A stretch of 55,692 nucleotides of DNA from a virus (taxonomy: Duplodnaviria; Caudoviricetes). Positions 1 to 8,412 of the stretch are shown one piece after another. Within the stretch, counting starts at the first letter, position 1; every line of letters begins with the position of its first letter. The notes under the pieces were generated by a model that was not told the DNA's origin, did not search any database, and worked only from the letters and a program-made list of their open reading frames with translations. The stretch covers positions 1 through 55,692 of IMG/VR virus record IMGVR_UViG_3300035701_000039. The stretch is one strand, 5' to 3'. The position numbers were made by a program, and so were the translations under genes.

Positions 1-32
1 TTCAACTTCAAGACATAGGATCCTTAGACGAG
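1..32. repeat. Terminal direct repeat (assembly overlap), copy 1
   Basis: TTCAACTTCAAGACATAGGATCCTTAGACGAG at 1-32 is identical to 55661-55692. Confidence 0.97.
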
Positions 33-120
33 ATCATAGAAGCGACCGGTTATTACCGCTGCTTAACCTGTAATGAACTTCACGCCAAGAACAGAATATG
101 CATGTTCGAGGAGTTTAAGA

Positions 121-309
121 ATGACCACCCTAAGATCAGTCAGAAGAAGACTTAGACAGTTCTTTCTAACGACTCTTAGACTGTCCCGAATGCCGAACGA
201 TGTCTTCGATGTGGAACAGGATTTAAACGACTTCTTCGCCGGCAAAATGAGGTTATGGTGGAATCCCTATCTTAAATGTCTAGTCTGTGAAAAGGGAGAA
301 TTCAATTGA
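121..309 (+). CDS. Hypothetical protein
   Basis: ORF 73..309; the ATG at 121 is the more likely start; stop overlaps the next start (TTGA). Confidence 0.5.
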   Translation: MTTLRSVRRRLRQFFLTTLRLSRMPNDVFDVEQDLNDFFAGKMRLWWNPYLKCLVCEKGEFN

Positions 310-587
310 AAGTCAAGCGGCAACATCCCATGAAAGTCCTTGAGGAGTCGATGAAGGAGAATGATTCGGTCTTAAGGGGACTTAACACGGGTAGCAAGAA
401 GGTCCATGAAAATAACAAACATAACAAAAATAACAAGACCGGGTGTAAGGGTTGCAGGTTCCTAGAGACTGTCCGCCGGGCGTGGTTTCCTCCTTGGGAG
501 TGTTGGCATCCTAGGAAGAGTAAGAGGACACCGGTAAGAGTAGATCTAGATCGTTATCTGGAAGGCTGTTCAGGAAAATTGAACTAA
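306..587 (+). CDS. Hypothetical Cys-containing protein
   Basis: 93-aa ORF with CxxC; translationally coupled to the upstream ORF. Confidence 0.55.
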   Translation: MKVKRQHPMKVLEESMKENDSVLRGLNTGSKKVHENNKHNKNNKTGCKGCRFLETVRRAWFPPWECWHPRKSKRTPVRVDLDRYLEGCSGKLN

Positions 588-600
588 TGGAGGTGATTGA

Positions 601-945
601 ACGCCATATATAAGAAAAGATCTTCGTCCCCCAATAGATGACTTACTTGAACCTCTGATTCAGAGAATTAATGAGCTTATCAGTTATACCAAAACATCAT
701 ATCCGCACCTCTTTGAAGGCATGAAAGGGTTTAAGGAATCAGGAGGTATTAAGGATGAAAAAGAGTTAACTGGAGTCTTAACCTATATCGTGTTCAAACT
801 GCTTAGAAGATTCTATGCCAATGGAGGCTGGTATGAACAGATGGATGCGGAGAAGGTGGTTGACTCTGCCATAAGCGAATTTAAGAGAAGATTCCTTTAC
901 CCCTATGAAGACATGAAGATCCGAGACAACGGAGACGTCAAATAA
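601..945 (+). CDS. Conserved small viral protein (xPYI...EFxRR...PYEDxKIxxNGDV type, DUF6899-like), apparent ACG start
   Basis: The frame of ORF 721..945 is open back to 601 (ACG CCA TAT ATA = xPYI); in-frame TGA at 598-600; GGAGGTGA at 589-596. Confidence 0.7.
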   Translation, partial: TPYIRKDLRPPIDDLLEPLIQRINELISYTKTSYPHLFEGMKGFKESGGIKDEKELTGVLTYIVFKLLRRFYANGGWYEQMDAEKVVDSAISEFKRRFLYPYEDMKIRDNGDVK

Positions 946-1191
946 CTAACTGCAAAGATCGAAAGTCTTGCTCTTAATTACTTGGCAAGGACCGGTATAG
1001 CCGGTTGACTTTCCTCAGTTTCTTTCACTTCTCTTCGATAATGAGGTCATGATAAGGGTCCATCAGGGGAGTTAGATCGTCTCTAGAGGGTAAGATGCTC
1101 ATGTCCGTGCCACTGCCCGTCTTCCCGTTTGAGAGGCATACAAGTCACCATAGGACCCGTATGAGGAAAAGAACTGTACGCCGGACAAACA

Positions 1192-1409
1192 GGAGAGGGT
1201 GACGGGTTAAATAGAGGGTATATAAGTCTGTATGTCTCAACCATCGAACTGTATGCGGGAACGAACTGTATGAGAGGAGTGGAAAGATTTATAAGAACTG
1301 AACGTGTATACGGCGCCGGTTTAACTGGGCAAACGGATGACCTGTCTGCCCGGCATACTGGTCCAGATGATACCCTTATATACCCTCTACTTAAAGGATC
1401 ACCCTCCCC
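1192..1409. repeat. 35-bp imperfect inverted repeat (1192-1226 / 1375-1409) around a 148-bp spacer; candidate origin or control locus
   Basis: Arms match at 29 of 35 positions, including a perfect 15-bp core TAGAGGGTATATAAG; region carries several GAACTGTATG-like repeats. Confidence 0.85.
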
Positions 1410-1659
1410 GTATGCTGGCTGTATGAGGCCGGAGCGAGAACGAACTGTCCGAGTGTATGTCAGATCCTCTAGAGGGAGTCCTGCACGGTGCGAATAGCCG
1501 AGTAGAGGCGGTACCTAAAATTTAGTCTTCTCGTATAGAAGTCCCATTTTTGGAAACGGTCTAACCTTCTTTCATAGAACTGTGAAAGTACATCCAAGGA
1601 GTGAAAGATTGGAATTGATGAATTGTATGACAACCGTCTATCTGTCAAACAGGTTAAGA

Positions 1660-1673
1660 GAAACCTTTAAATT
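1660..1673 (+). promoter_or_regulatory. Archaeal BRE/TATA promoter for the early operon
   Basis: GAAACC-TTTAAATT about 40 nt upstream of ATG 1715. Confidence 0.55.
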
Positions 1674-1714
1674 CTCCCTCTCCTCTGGCATACCGTACAA
1701 AGAGGAAAAGAACT

Positions 1715-2284
1715 ATGGAAAATCCAAAGACCCCACTGCCGGAAACAATCACCATTTGGCACTCTAGTCTACCGGAGAACAAAGAGTCAATTCTGAAGAA
1801 TGGTGTGACAATGGCCAAGTTCAATTTAGACGAACAACTTCAGATGATTGAGAAATCTAATGCCCTTAAGGGATCCAAAGAGCAAGCTAAGAGGAGATTA
1901 TTTGAGGCCTTTGATGAACCTTGCATTAGTGGTTTAGTCTGTTGTTCTGGTAGCAGGGAATACTCGATTCAGAATGGTCGAGCCGCTTTGGAAGTGAAAT
2001 ATTATCTTGATTGCAAAAACTTCCATGGTCCAGTTGCAGTCTTTAAAATTGTTCTTCCTCTTAGGATGCTCGAAGTTCTAACTCCAAATTATTATCGTTA
2101 TCTCATAACCAGATTCGAAGAACTCTGGGGAAAGGGTTGGTTCAAGGCGAGGATGTGGGAGGCCCGAGCGAAGAAGTGGAAGGGAATGAGTAATGTGGTC
2201 GCAACTTATGATCACTTTGTTTTGACTCATGTTCCACCAGAATATATAAAGGGAGTTGAGATAATTGAACAACCCGAAAACTAG
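1715..2284 (+). CDS. Putative ADP-ribosyltransferase-fold protein (Tpt1/KptA-like)
   Basis: N-terminal IWHSS...NKESILKNG resembles the yHgT..n..sI...Gl motif; C-terminal HVPPEYI resembles the Tpt1-like iPP motif. Confidence 0.5.
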   Translation: MENPKTPLPETITIWHSSLPENKESILKNGVTMAKFNLDEQLQMIEKSNALKGSKEQAKRRLFEAFDEPCISGLVCCSGSREYSIQNGRAALEVKYYLDCKNFHGPVAVFKIVLPLRMLEVLTPNYYRYLITRFEELWGKGWFKARMWEARAKKWKGMSNVVATYDHFVLTHVPPEYIKGVEIIEQPEN

Positions 2285-2382
2285 GTTGAACCGAAGAGAT
2301 TTCAGGATCATGTTGGGCATCCTAAGGTCCGACAAGAACCCAATGGTTCAATACAGGCCCAAGAAGGACTGGAGGGAATAAG

Positions 2383-2583
2383 ATGACCAAGATCAAGATC
2401 ATTCAAAGTTACATGTGCCGGGTCTGTAATGGTCGGCATTTCCGAGGGGATCGTAAATTCATTCCCCATCTTCAAAGGAGCACGGATGAAGAGTGCATTG
2501 AGGTTGAGCAGACCGATCTAGTTCAGGATTTCGGATTTCCAGATGTTCCTAAGCAGTTGAAGATCGGAGGGAAAAAGAAATGA
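2383..2583 (+). CDS. Small Zn-binding hypothetical protein
   Basis: CRVC...H motif; GGAGGG ribosome-binding site; coupled to the next gene. Confidence 0.55.
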   Translation: MTKIKIIQSYMCRVCNGRHFRGDRKFIPHLQRSTDEECIEVEQTDLVQDFGFPDVPKQLKIGGKKK

Positions 2584-2825
2584 AACTTACTCCCGCCCAA
2601 GAAGGAGCTCTAAGAAATCTACTTTTGCCGGATAAGGAAACGGCTTATGATTGCCATGTTCCAATAGGCACCATGTATGCCTTGGAAAAATTAGGGTTGA
2701 TTGAGTCTTTTCAAAGAAAGGGTGATATAGTCTGGGGTGGTTGGGAACGTAGCACAAAGACTTTCAGACTTACAGAACAGGGTCGAGATACCGCCATAAA
2801 TTTGATGGAGGGCAAGGTGGAATGA
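2580..2825 (+). CDS. Winged-helix-like small protein
   Basis: MKLTPAQ...LEKLGLI...FRLTEQG pattern. Confidence 0.6.
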   Translation: MKLTPAQEGALRNLLLPDKETAYDCHVPIGTMYALEKLGLIESFQRKGDIVWGGWERSTKTFRLTEQGRDTAINLMEGKVE

Positions 2826-3229
2826 CCGGCTACTATCGAATAAGACTTCCAAGTAGGGACGAACAATTCATTGATGGCACAATGTTAGATCCTAGTAATG
2901 GGGACATTATCCTTAGGGAAGACAAGGATGAGATTTCAGAAGAGGACATTGAAGAAGTACTTAATCATGAATTCATTCACTTGGCGATTGGGGATCTAGA
3001 GGGCTATCTGGTTTCAGGGGCGATTGACAGCATTTCCGGCTGGATCTGTCTACCCGGAGAGAAGGCGCATCTAGCATTCATCAGTGAAAAGTTGGTGATA
3101 TTTCAACTTCCCCTTCTGCCGACTCTTAATAGGCTGGCCTCGACCGCTTGGGATAAGGTTTATAGGCGGGTTGAGCTCTCTAACTACGGTCGTAAAGTTA
3201 ACAAAAGAGGGATGAGAAATGACAGATAA
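2822..3229 (+). CDS. HExxH metallopeptidase-like protein
   Basis: VLNHEFIHLAI motif. Confidence 0.55.
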   Translation: MTGYYRIRLPSRDEQFIDGTMLDPSNGDIILREDKDEISEEDIEEVLNHEFIHLAIGDLEGYLVSGAIDSISGWICLPGEKAHLAFISEKLVIFQLPLLPTLNRLASTAWDKVYRRVELSNYGRKVNKRGMRNDR

Positions 3230-4874
3230 GGAAGAAAGAGGAATACCGGAAGAATATGTCCGAGGACAAATCTTCCAGATCCGAAATACCGATAAGAGAA
3301 AAGAATTTGTCAAGAAGGAACTGGAGAAGAGCCAGAAGATCAACGGTAAAGACGTCGAATTCTTTAGGGACGACGTTGGTTTCGTCCTCTTAGAGAAGGA
3401 GGCCAAGATCAGGTACAATACCGCCATGGTCCAAAGGGCCTTATCCGTCGCCGTCTTGAGTGGGAAGGCACCGAGAGAACTTAGGGAATTCTACTATACC
3501 CTGAGGACGACTCCGGAACTGGTTAAGCCCTTCGCCACCGGTAATGACGATGCAATCTATCCCCTGACCCTAAGAGCCATTTGTGACTTAGAGATCCTAT
3601 GCGACATTAACCGGGACCAGTTCACGATGGGCAACCTGAGCAAGGGGTTCATTTACTACTTCCATTCTCCGATCTTTGGTCAGAAGGAGAGGAAGATCAC
3701 CTTCACGGAAGTCATAGCCAGAAGCATCATGAAACCGGAGAAGGAAGAGGAGTGGCAGTGCGGGAACTGTGAGAACATCATCGTGGTGGAGAAGAACGCT
3801 GCAGCCCTGAGGATGGTAGAACTAGGTCTATCCGAATTCACCAACTCGATCATAGTGACAGTGGGTGGCAATTTCAACCGTGCCATTTGGGAACTGGCTT
3901 CTAGGTTCAAGGATTCCAAGAACATGATCTTCATGGCGGACGCTGACGCCTACGGGGTTGACATGCTCAGGACGATCCAAGCCGGGACTGAATCATCAAG
4001 ACACCTATCGTACAAATTCCCACCGTCCAGATACCCTAAGGTTTACTTGGCCGGCTTTTTCCCCTCGATCGGGGAAAGTCTAGGGCTACCAAACGACGTT
4101 GAGCAGAAGAGGCCCTTACAGAATCCATTCGTTAAGCAGAGGGTCAACTTCCTAATGAACCATGGCCTGTTAGACCAGAGGGACTATGACACTTGGGCGC
4201 GGGACAAGACCTATGAACTGGAATCTCTCTCGGCGGGATTTGAGAACGAGAAGGGTGAACCAATAGGTCTAGGCATTTATATTGTCGAATATATGAGGAT
4301 GTTCAATATCCCGGTTAAGCCTCCAATGCCTCCAGATGACCAGTTGAAGAAGGACTTTGACGAGGCGGCAAGGAAGGAACTGCAGAGGGAAATAGACGAG
4401 AAGATTGCCTATCCAAAATTCTTCTGGTCCTATTACAACTGGCTCACCGCTCTCAAGGAAGAACTGAAGACTAAGATCTACGACTCCCTACTCCCGAAGT
4501 ATGAAGAGGCCCTAGCCCAAATCGGACCGAAAGAAATCAAGTTTCATATCTGGAAGCAATTCGAAGAGGATCCTAAGCGGGCAAGCTACGACCTAGCCGC
4601 AATCGCCCATAAGATCAAGACCAAGTTCGACATAATCATTGACTGGGCACTGGAAAAGTTTGAGGAAGCTCTAGACGAGGCCAAGGAAGATTATGAGGGT
4701 CCGGAACCAAGGACTGACACGGAATTTACGCCAATCCACAATGAGGTTAACTATGATCCCAACGGATATGATCTAGTCTTGAAGAGGATCGGGGCGAAAG
4801 ATGAGGACGTCGTGAAGGTAAGACAGGCGTTATTGACGAGGTTCATTGATGATCCTCGGTTACGGAAGGATTGA
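3219..4874 (+). CDS. DNA topoisomerase VI subunit A / Spo11-like protein with C-terminal extension
   Basis: REFYY catalytic-Tyr motif, VVEK, TVGGN, Toprim DADAYG, ELESL. Confidence 0.9.
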   Translation: MTDKEERGIPEEYVRGQIFQIRNTDKRKEFVKKELEKSQKINGKDVEFFRDDVGFVLLEKEAKIRYNTAMVQRALSVAVLSGKAPRELREFYYTLRTTPELVKPFATGNDDAIYPLTLRAICDLEILCDINRDQFTMGNLSKGFIYYFHSPIFGQKERKITFTEVIARSIMKPEKEEEWQCGNCENIIVVEKNAAALRMVELGLSEFTNSIIVTVGGNFNRAIWELASRFKDSKNMIFMADADAYGVDMLRTIQAGTESSRHLSYKFPPSRYPKVYLAGFFPSIGESLGLPNDVEQKRPLQNPFVKQRVNFLMNHGLLDQRDYDTWARDKTYELESLSAGFENEKGEPIGLGIYIVEYMRMFNIPVKPPMPPDDQLKKDFDEAARKELQREIDEKIAYPKFFWSYYNWLTALKEELKTKIYDSLLPKYEEALAQIGPKEIKFHIWKQFEEDPKRASYDLAAIAHKIKTKFDIIIDWALEKFEEALDEAKEDYEGPEPRTDTEFTPIHNEVNYDPNGYDLVLKRIGAKDEDVVKVRQALLTRFIDDPRLRKD

Positions 4875-5071
4875 TTAGAATGGCTAAATCAAAACATGAT
4901 CGGCAGAAGAATAAGAGAACATATCTGTCTGGGGTAAGTAAAAGCCGCACCCTCTCCAGACGGATAGAAAAGGCACGTTCCTCAAAATCTCAGGGTAAAC
5001 CTAAGGAATGTATGGATAGAGTCATGAAGAGGGTCAGGGAAAAGCACCCGGATCTATTTGGAGTGGATTAA
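4871..5071 (+). CDS. Basic hypothetical protein
   Basis: 66-aa K/R-rich ORF in a coupled gene string. Confidence 0.45.
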   Translation: MIRMAKSKHDRQKNKRTYLSGVSKSRTLSRRIEKARSSKSQGKPKECMDRVMKRVREKHPDLFGVD

Positions 5072-5294
5072 GATGAACAAGGGTTGGCCATTTCCTCTGG
5101 TAGTAGTCTATTCGGTTAGAAGCGGTGAAGTAGTTCCGGGAAAGTTGGCTAAATTCCTCCACTTTCTAGGATTCCACTTCTGGGTGACTCTTTACTCATT
5201 TGACCCTCCCTATCCTTCTTACCTCAGATATTGTAAATATCCGGCTTGTTCCAAGAGACAGGCGAGGACCGATATAGGTTGGGAGGATTATTAA
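5058..5294 (+). CDS. Hypothetical protein
   Basis: ORF in a coupled gene string; CxxxxC motif. Confidence 0.5.
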   Translation: MEWIKMNKGWPFPLVVVYSVRSGEVVPGKLAKFLHFLGFHFWVTLYSFDPPYPSYLRYCKYPACSKRQARTDIGWEDY

Positions 5295-5536
5295 TGCTCT
5301 TTAGGACTAGGGATGGGACGTTCAAGGATCCTGAGACGATCGTTCTCCTAAATGCTATCGAACATTTCAGTCGTATGAGCTGGGATGACAAAGGGATTAG
5401 CATTCATGGGATCAAGGACATAATGGTTGAGGGTTGGATGAAGGGAGTGGTTAAATTCCTGTCAACGGAAGAATGGGAGAAGATGGCCAAGGAAATTGAG
5501 GTAGAAAAGAAGAAGGCTGATTCATACGTCGTATAG
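5294..5536 (+). CDS. Hypothetical protein
   Basis: ORF 5246..5536; the ATG at 5294 overlaps the upstream TAA and follows GGAGG. Confidence 0.55.
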   Translation: MLFRTRDGTFKDPETIVLLNAIEHFSRMSWDDKGISIHGIKDIMVEGWMKGVVKFLSTEEWEKMAKEIEVEKKKADSYVV

Positions 5537-5677
5537 GAAAATAAGATTGGGAGGCGATTAAGTTGGGAAAAGATTTCAAGTGTGGATGCAGGTACAGCAT
5601 GGGGCATTGGTTCCTTTGCTCGAAGCATCAAGACGAATTAGAAGAAAAATTGGAAGACTTTACAGTGGTGTGAAGAC

Positions 5678-5938
5678 ATGGAAGTGAAAATAGGAAATCA
5701 TATCTTTGGAAACAACGAGATGGTGGAATCCATGCTCAAGACCGGCATGGCTAGACTGTATGACCTTTCACCGGGAAGTCGAGAAGCACATGATGACGAA
5801 GCAATCTTCCTGAACGGGAAGAAGATCAAATCCACCCCAGAGGAACGTAAGGCCTACTGGAAAGGGATACTGTCTCAACCCATGAAAGTGGAGACAGAAA
5901 TTCAACCGGGAGAAGAGGTGCCTAACCCATGGCAGTAA
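5678..5938 (+). CDS. Hypothetical protein
   Basis: 86-aa ORF with GGTG-type ribosome-binding site. Confidence 0.55.
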   Translation: MEVKIGNHIFGNNEMVESMLKTGMARLYDLSPGSREAHDDEAIFLNGKKIKSTPEERKAYWKGILSQPMKVETEIQPGEEVPNPWQ

Positions 5939-6723
5939 AAAGGAAGGATTTGGGACCGGTTAATACGACCGAATGTGGGATAGTCATTGAGAGGATCGCT
6001 CTACCAAGGGGACAGATCCATAGGGACTATATCGCCCATTGCCTCCGTTGGTCCTATGTCCTGAAGCAGGTCAAGATTGGGATGAAGATTATAGATGTCG
6101 GTTGCGGGTCCTTTCCCTTACTCAAGGCACTCTACTCTAACAAATTGAAACCTTCTCTGTACTTGGGTGTAGACTTAAGAAAATCTGTCATTGAGAAGAT
6201 GATGGCATTTAAGACCAACTTTCCTGTAATCGGGGTGAATACGGACATTAGGGTTGACAAGCTAAGTCATGCTGGTAGTTTATGCGATGAAGCATTTGAT
6301 ATCGCTGTCTGTCTAGAAGTCGTTGAACATTTTGAGGAGAGATATGTTGATCATGTTCTGTCAGAGATCAGAAGGGTTCTTAAGGTCGGAGGCCTACTCC
6401 TACTTTCCACTCCCAACTTTAACGGTTCAGCGGCTAAACATCACATTCATGAATATACCGCCGAAGAACTAGGCAAACATATCTGGAAATACTTTACGGT
6501 TGAGAAGATGATTGGAACTTTTGCTAGCCAACGGGACATCGAACCGGTGCTTAGCCCGGCCGAGCGGGAAGTCTATGAGGGTTTAAAGAGCTGGTTCAAA
6601 CCGGAAATCATATCCATTATGTTCTCGGCTCTTCATCCCTATCAAAGCAGGAACATTCTGTGGATCTGTCGAAAGGAGGACAAGATTAGGAGGGATAATA
6701 GCGTCGACATGCAATCGGTTTAA
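5929..6723 (+). CDS. Class I SAM-dependent methyltransferase
   Basis: IIDVGCG motif I, CLEVVEH, LSTPN, HIHEY. Confidence 0.88.
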   Translation: MAVKRKDLGPVNTTECGIVIERIALPRGQIHRDYIAHCLRWSYVLKQVKIGMKIIDVGCGSFPLLKALYSNKLKPSLYLGVDLRKSVIEKMMAFKTNFPVIGVNTDIRVDKLSHAGSLCDEAFDIAVCLEVVEHFEERYVDHVLSEIRRVLKVGGLLLLSTPNFNGSAAKHHIHEYTAEELGKHIWKYFTVEKMIGTFASQRDIEPVLSPAEREVYEGLKSWFKPEIISIMFSALHPYQSRNILWICRKEDKIRRDNSVDMQSV

Positions 6724-6730
6724 TGAGTAC

Positions 6731-6943
6731 ATGAAGACCTTAGGGACAGACCCAACGAAACGTCATGCCCTGAAGGATGTCGTAGACATATTGAACCACT
6801 GCGTCGGTTGCAAAGAATGCAATGATGCCTATGACGACTGGTACTATTCCCCTAGCAACCCCAATTTCGAGAAGTACAAAAAATGGGATTCTAAATTTCG
6901 AAAGAAGGTACAGACTAGACAGACCAGTAAGGAGACGATCTGA
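6731..6943 (+). CDS. Hypothetical protein (HxxxCxxC)
   Basis: 70-aa ORF. Confidence 0.5.
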   Translation: MKTLGTDPTKRHALKDVVDILNHCVGCKECNDAYDDWYYSPSNPNFEKYKKWDSKFRKKVQTRQTSKETI

Positions 6944-7050
6944 TTTGGTCATTCCGTTCGAAGCTGTAATTGGATTTACAATCGTTGCTCTATGCTGCAT
7001 CGCCCTCTATGTGTTTAGGAAGGTTGTTTGGCGTTAGTTGGGGGGTTAAC

Positions 7051-7659
7051 ATGTCCATCATTGGGAATTTAGACAAGTGGGTCCTAGACAAGGATCCTCT
7101 CTTCATTCAACACCTTGACCGGCTTCAGACGTGTCATAGATGCAGGTTGAGAAAAGAAGGTCAACATCTATGCCCCGGTCTAGGCAACCTGAACGCCAAG
7201 GTCATGTTCGTAGGGGAAGCACCAGGTAGGGTAGAGAATCCAGATCTAAGAGGCTTACCCTTCGTTGGGAACAGATCGAGTGACCTGCTCTTGGATGCCG
7301 TCTATACCAACTGGCCGAAAGGGTACGACGAGGTCTTTGTGACGAACGTGGTCAAGTGCAACCCTCCCATGAATAGGAAACCAGAGGAAGACGAAATAAA
7401 GTCATGTTCACCTTTCCTTAGGGAAGAACTGGCCCTTGTCAAACCTAAGGCAATCGTGGCTTTGGGAAGGACTGCTTCTAACTGGTTTGGGATTAGCGAA
7501 AGTTTAAATACGGCGAGGTGGAAAGAGTATACATGGAACGGGTGTCTGTTGTTCGCGAAATTTCACCCAGCCTACATCCTAAGGTTCGGTTATCAGGCCG
7601 TCCTTCAGTACATGGCTGAATTCAAACTCATGAAGAAGAGGATAGATGAATTTGCCTAA
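7051..7659 (+). CDS. udg: Uracil-DNA glycosylase, family 4 (Fe-S)
   Basis: CxxC, VMFVGEAPG, PFVG, TNVVKCNPPxNRKP, HPAYIL; start taken as ATG 7051. Confidence 0.93.
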   Translation: MSIIGNLDKWVLDKDPLFIQHLDRLQTCHRCRLRKEGQHLCPGLGNLNAKVMFVGEAPGRVENPDLRGLPFVGNRSSDLLLDAVYTNWPKGYDEVFVTNVVKCNPPMNRKPEEDEIKSCSPFLREELALVKPKAIVALGRTASNWFGISESLNTARWKEYTWNGCLLFAKFHPAYILRFGYQAVLQYMAEFKLMKKRIDEFA

Positions 7660-7846
7660 GAAAGAAAAAGTCAAATGTCGAACATGTGGGAAAGAAGGCG
7701 AAATTGAGTCTGACGTTCTAATGATTGAACAGGCGTTCAGGATTCATTTCGACGAAAACGGTTACGAATATTTCCTCTGTTCAGACTGTGAACCCGCAGA
7801 GAAACCAGAAGACCGGGATTCAGAAGAAGGAGAAGTGCGATGGTGA
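7646..7846 (+). CDS. Zn-ribbon protein
   Basis: CRTC...CSDC. Confidence 0.6.
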   Translation: MNLPKKEKVKCRTCGKEGEIESDVLMIEQAFRIHFDENGYEYFLCSDCEPAEKPEDRDSEEGEVRW

Positions 7847-8412
7847 TGTTGGTCATCATAGAGGGAGTAGACGGTACAGGCAAGAGCACCTTAATAGACT
7901 CCTTGAAGAGGTCATTCTCTCGGACCGTCTATGTGTTCAATTTCTCATACCCCAAAAGCTGGGAAATGTTCCAAGAAGCGGCAATGGCCAGAGGAGAATA
8001 TTATGGGGCAATCAAGATTTTCAAGGTCATATTTGAGAAGGATCCTGATGCCGTCATAATCTGCGACAGGTTCCATCTTGGCGAATTCGCTTATGGACCT
8101 GTTATGAGGGGCTACCCGGAATGGTTGGCAGAAGAGGTTCTCAAAGTTGAAGACGAGATCCTTAAAGAGATCGGAAGGGATAACGTCAGGTTGATAATCA
8201 CAGGGGTGTCTAAACCGGAAGTAGCGATGAAGAGGTCTAATAGAACCGGAGAATACCTCAAGGACCTGAAGGAATATACGGAAGTCAATCTGAGATACTC
8301 TTTAGCTGCTGATAAAACCAAACTTCCATGGATAGTTCTTCAACCAGACTATCTTAATCGGGGACAGATGCTTAAACGGGCAATAGGGTTCATAACGGAG
8401 AAATTGACATGA
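7840..8412 (+). CDS. Deoxynucleoside monophosphate (thymidylate-like) kinase
   Basis: IIEGVDGTGKST P-loop; ICDRFH...YGPV. Confidence 0.9.
   Translation: MVMLVIIEGVDGTGKSTLIDSLKRSFSRTVYVFNFSYPKSWEMFQEAAMARGEYYGAIKIFKVIFEKDPDAVIICDRFHLGEFAYGPVMRGYPEWLAEEVLKVEDEILKEIGRDNVRLIITGVSKPEVAMKRSNRTGEYLKDLKEYTEVNLRYSLAADKTKLPWIVLQPDYLNRGQMLKRAIGFITEKLT

Noticed and set aside
950-1151. Short minus-strand ORFs left of the inverted repeat
   Set aside because: All under 30 codons with no supporting features
1171-1460. CRISPR or mini-CRISPR array
   Set aside because: Repeats are only about 10 nt and irregularly spaced; no repeat-spacer periodicity seen anywhere in the window
1270-1497. 75-aa ORF inside the control region (also 1582..1767)
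   Set aside because: Runs through the inverted repeat and motif cluster, with no recognisable protein features; likely spurious
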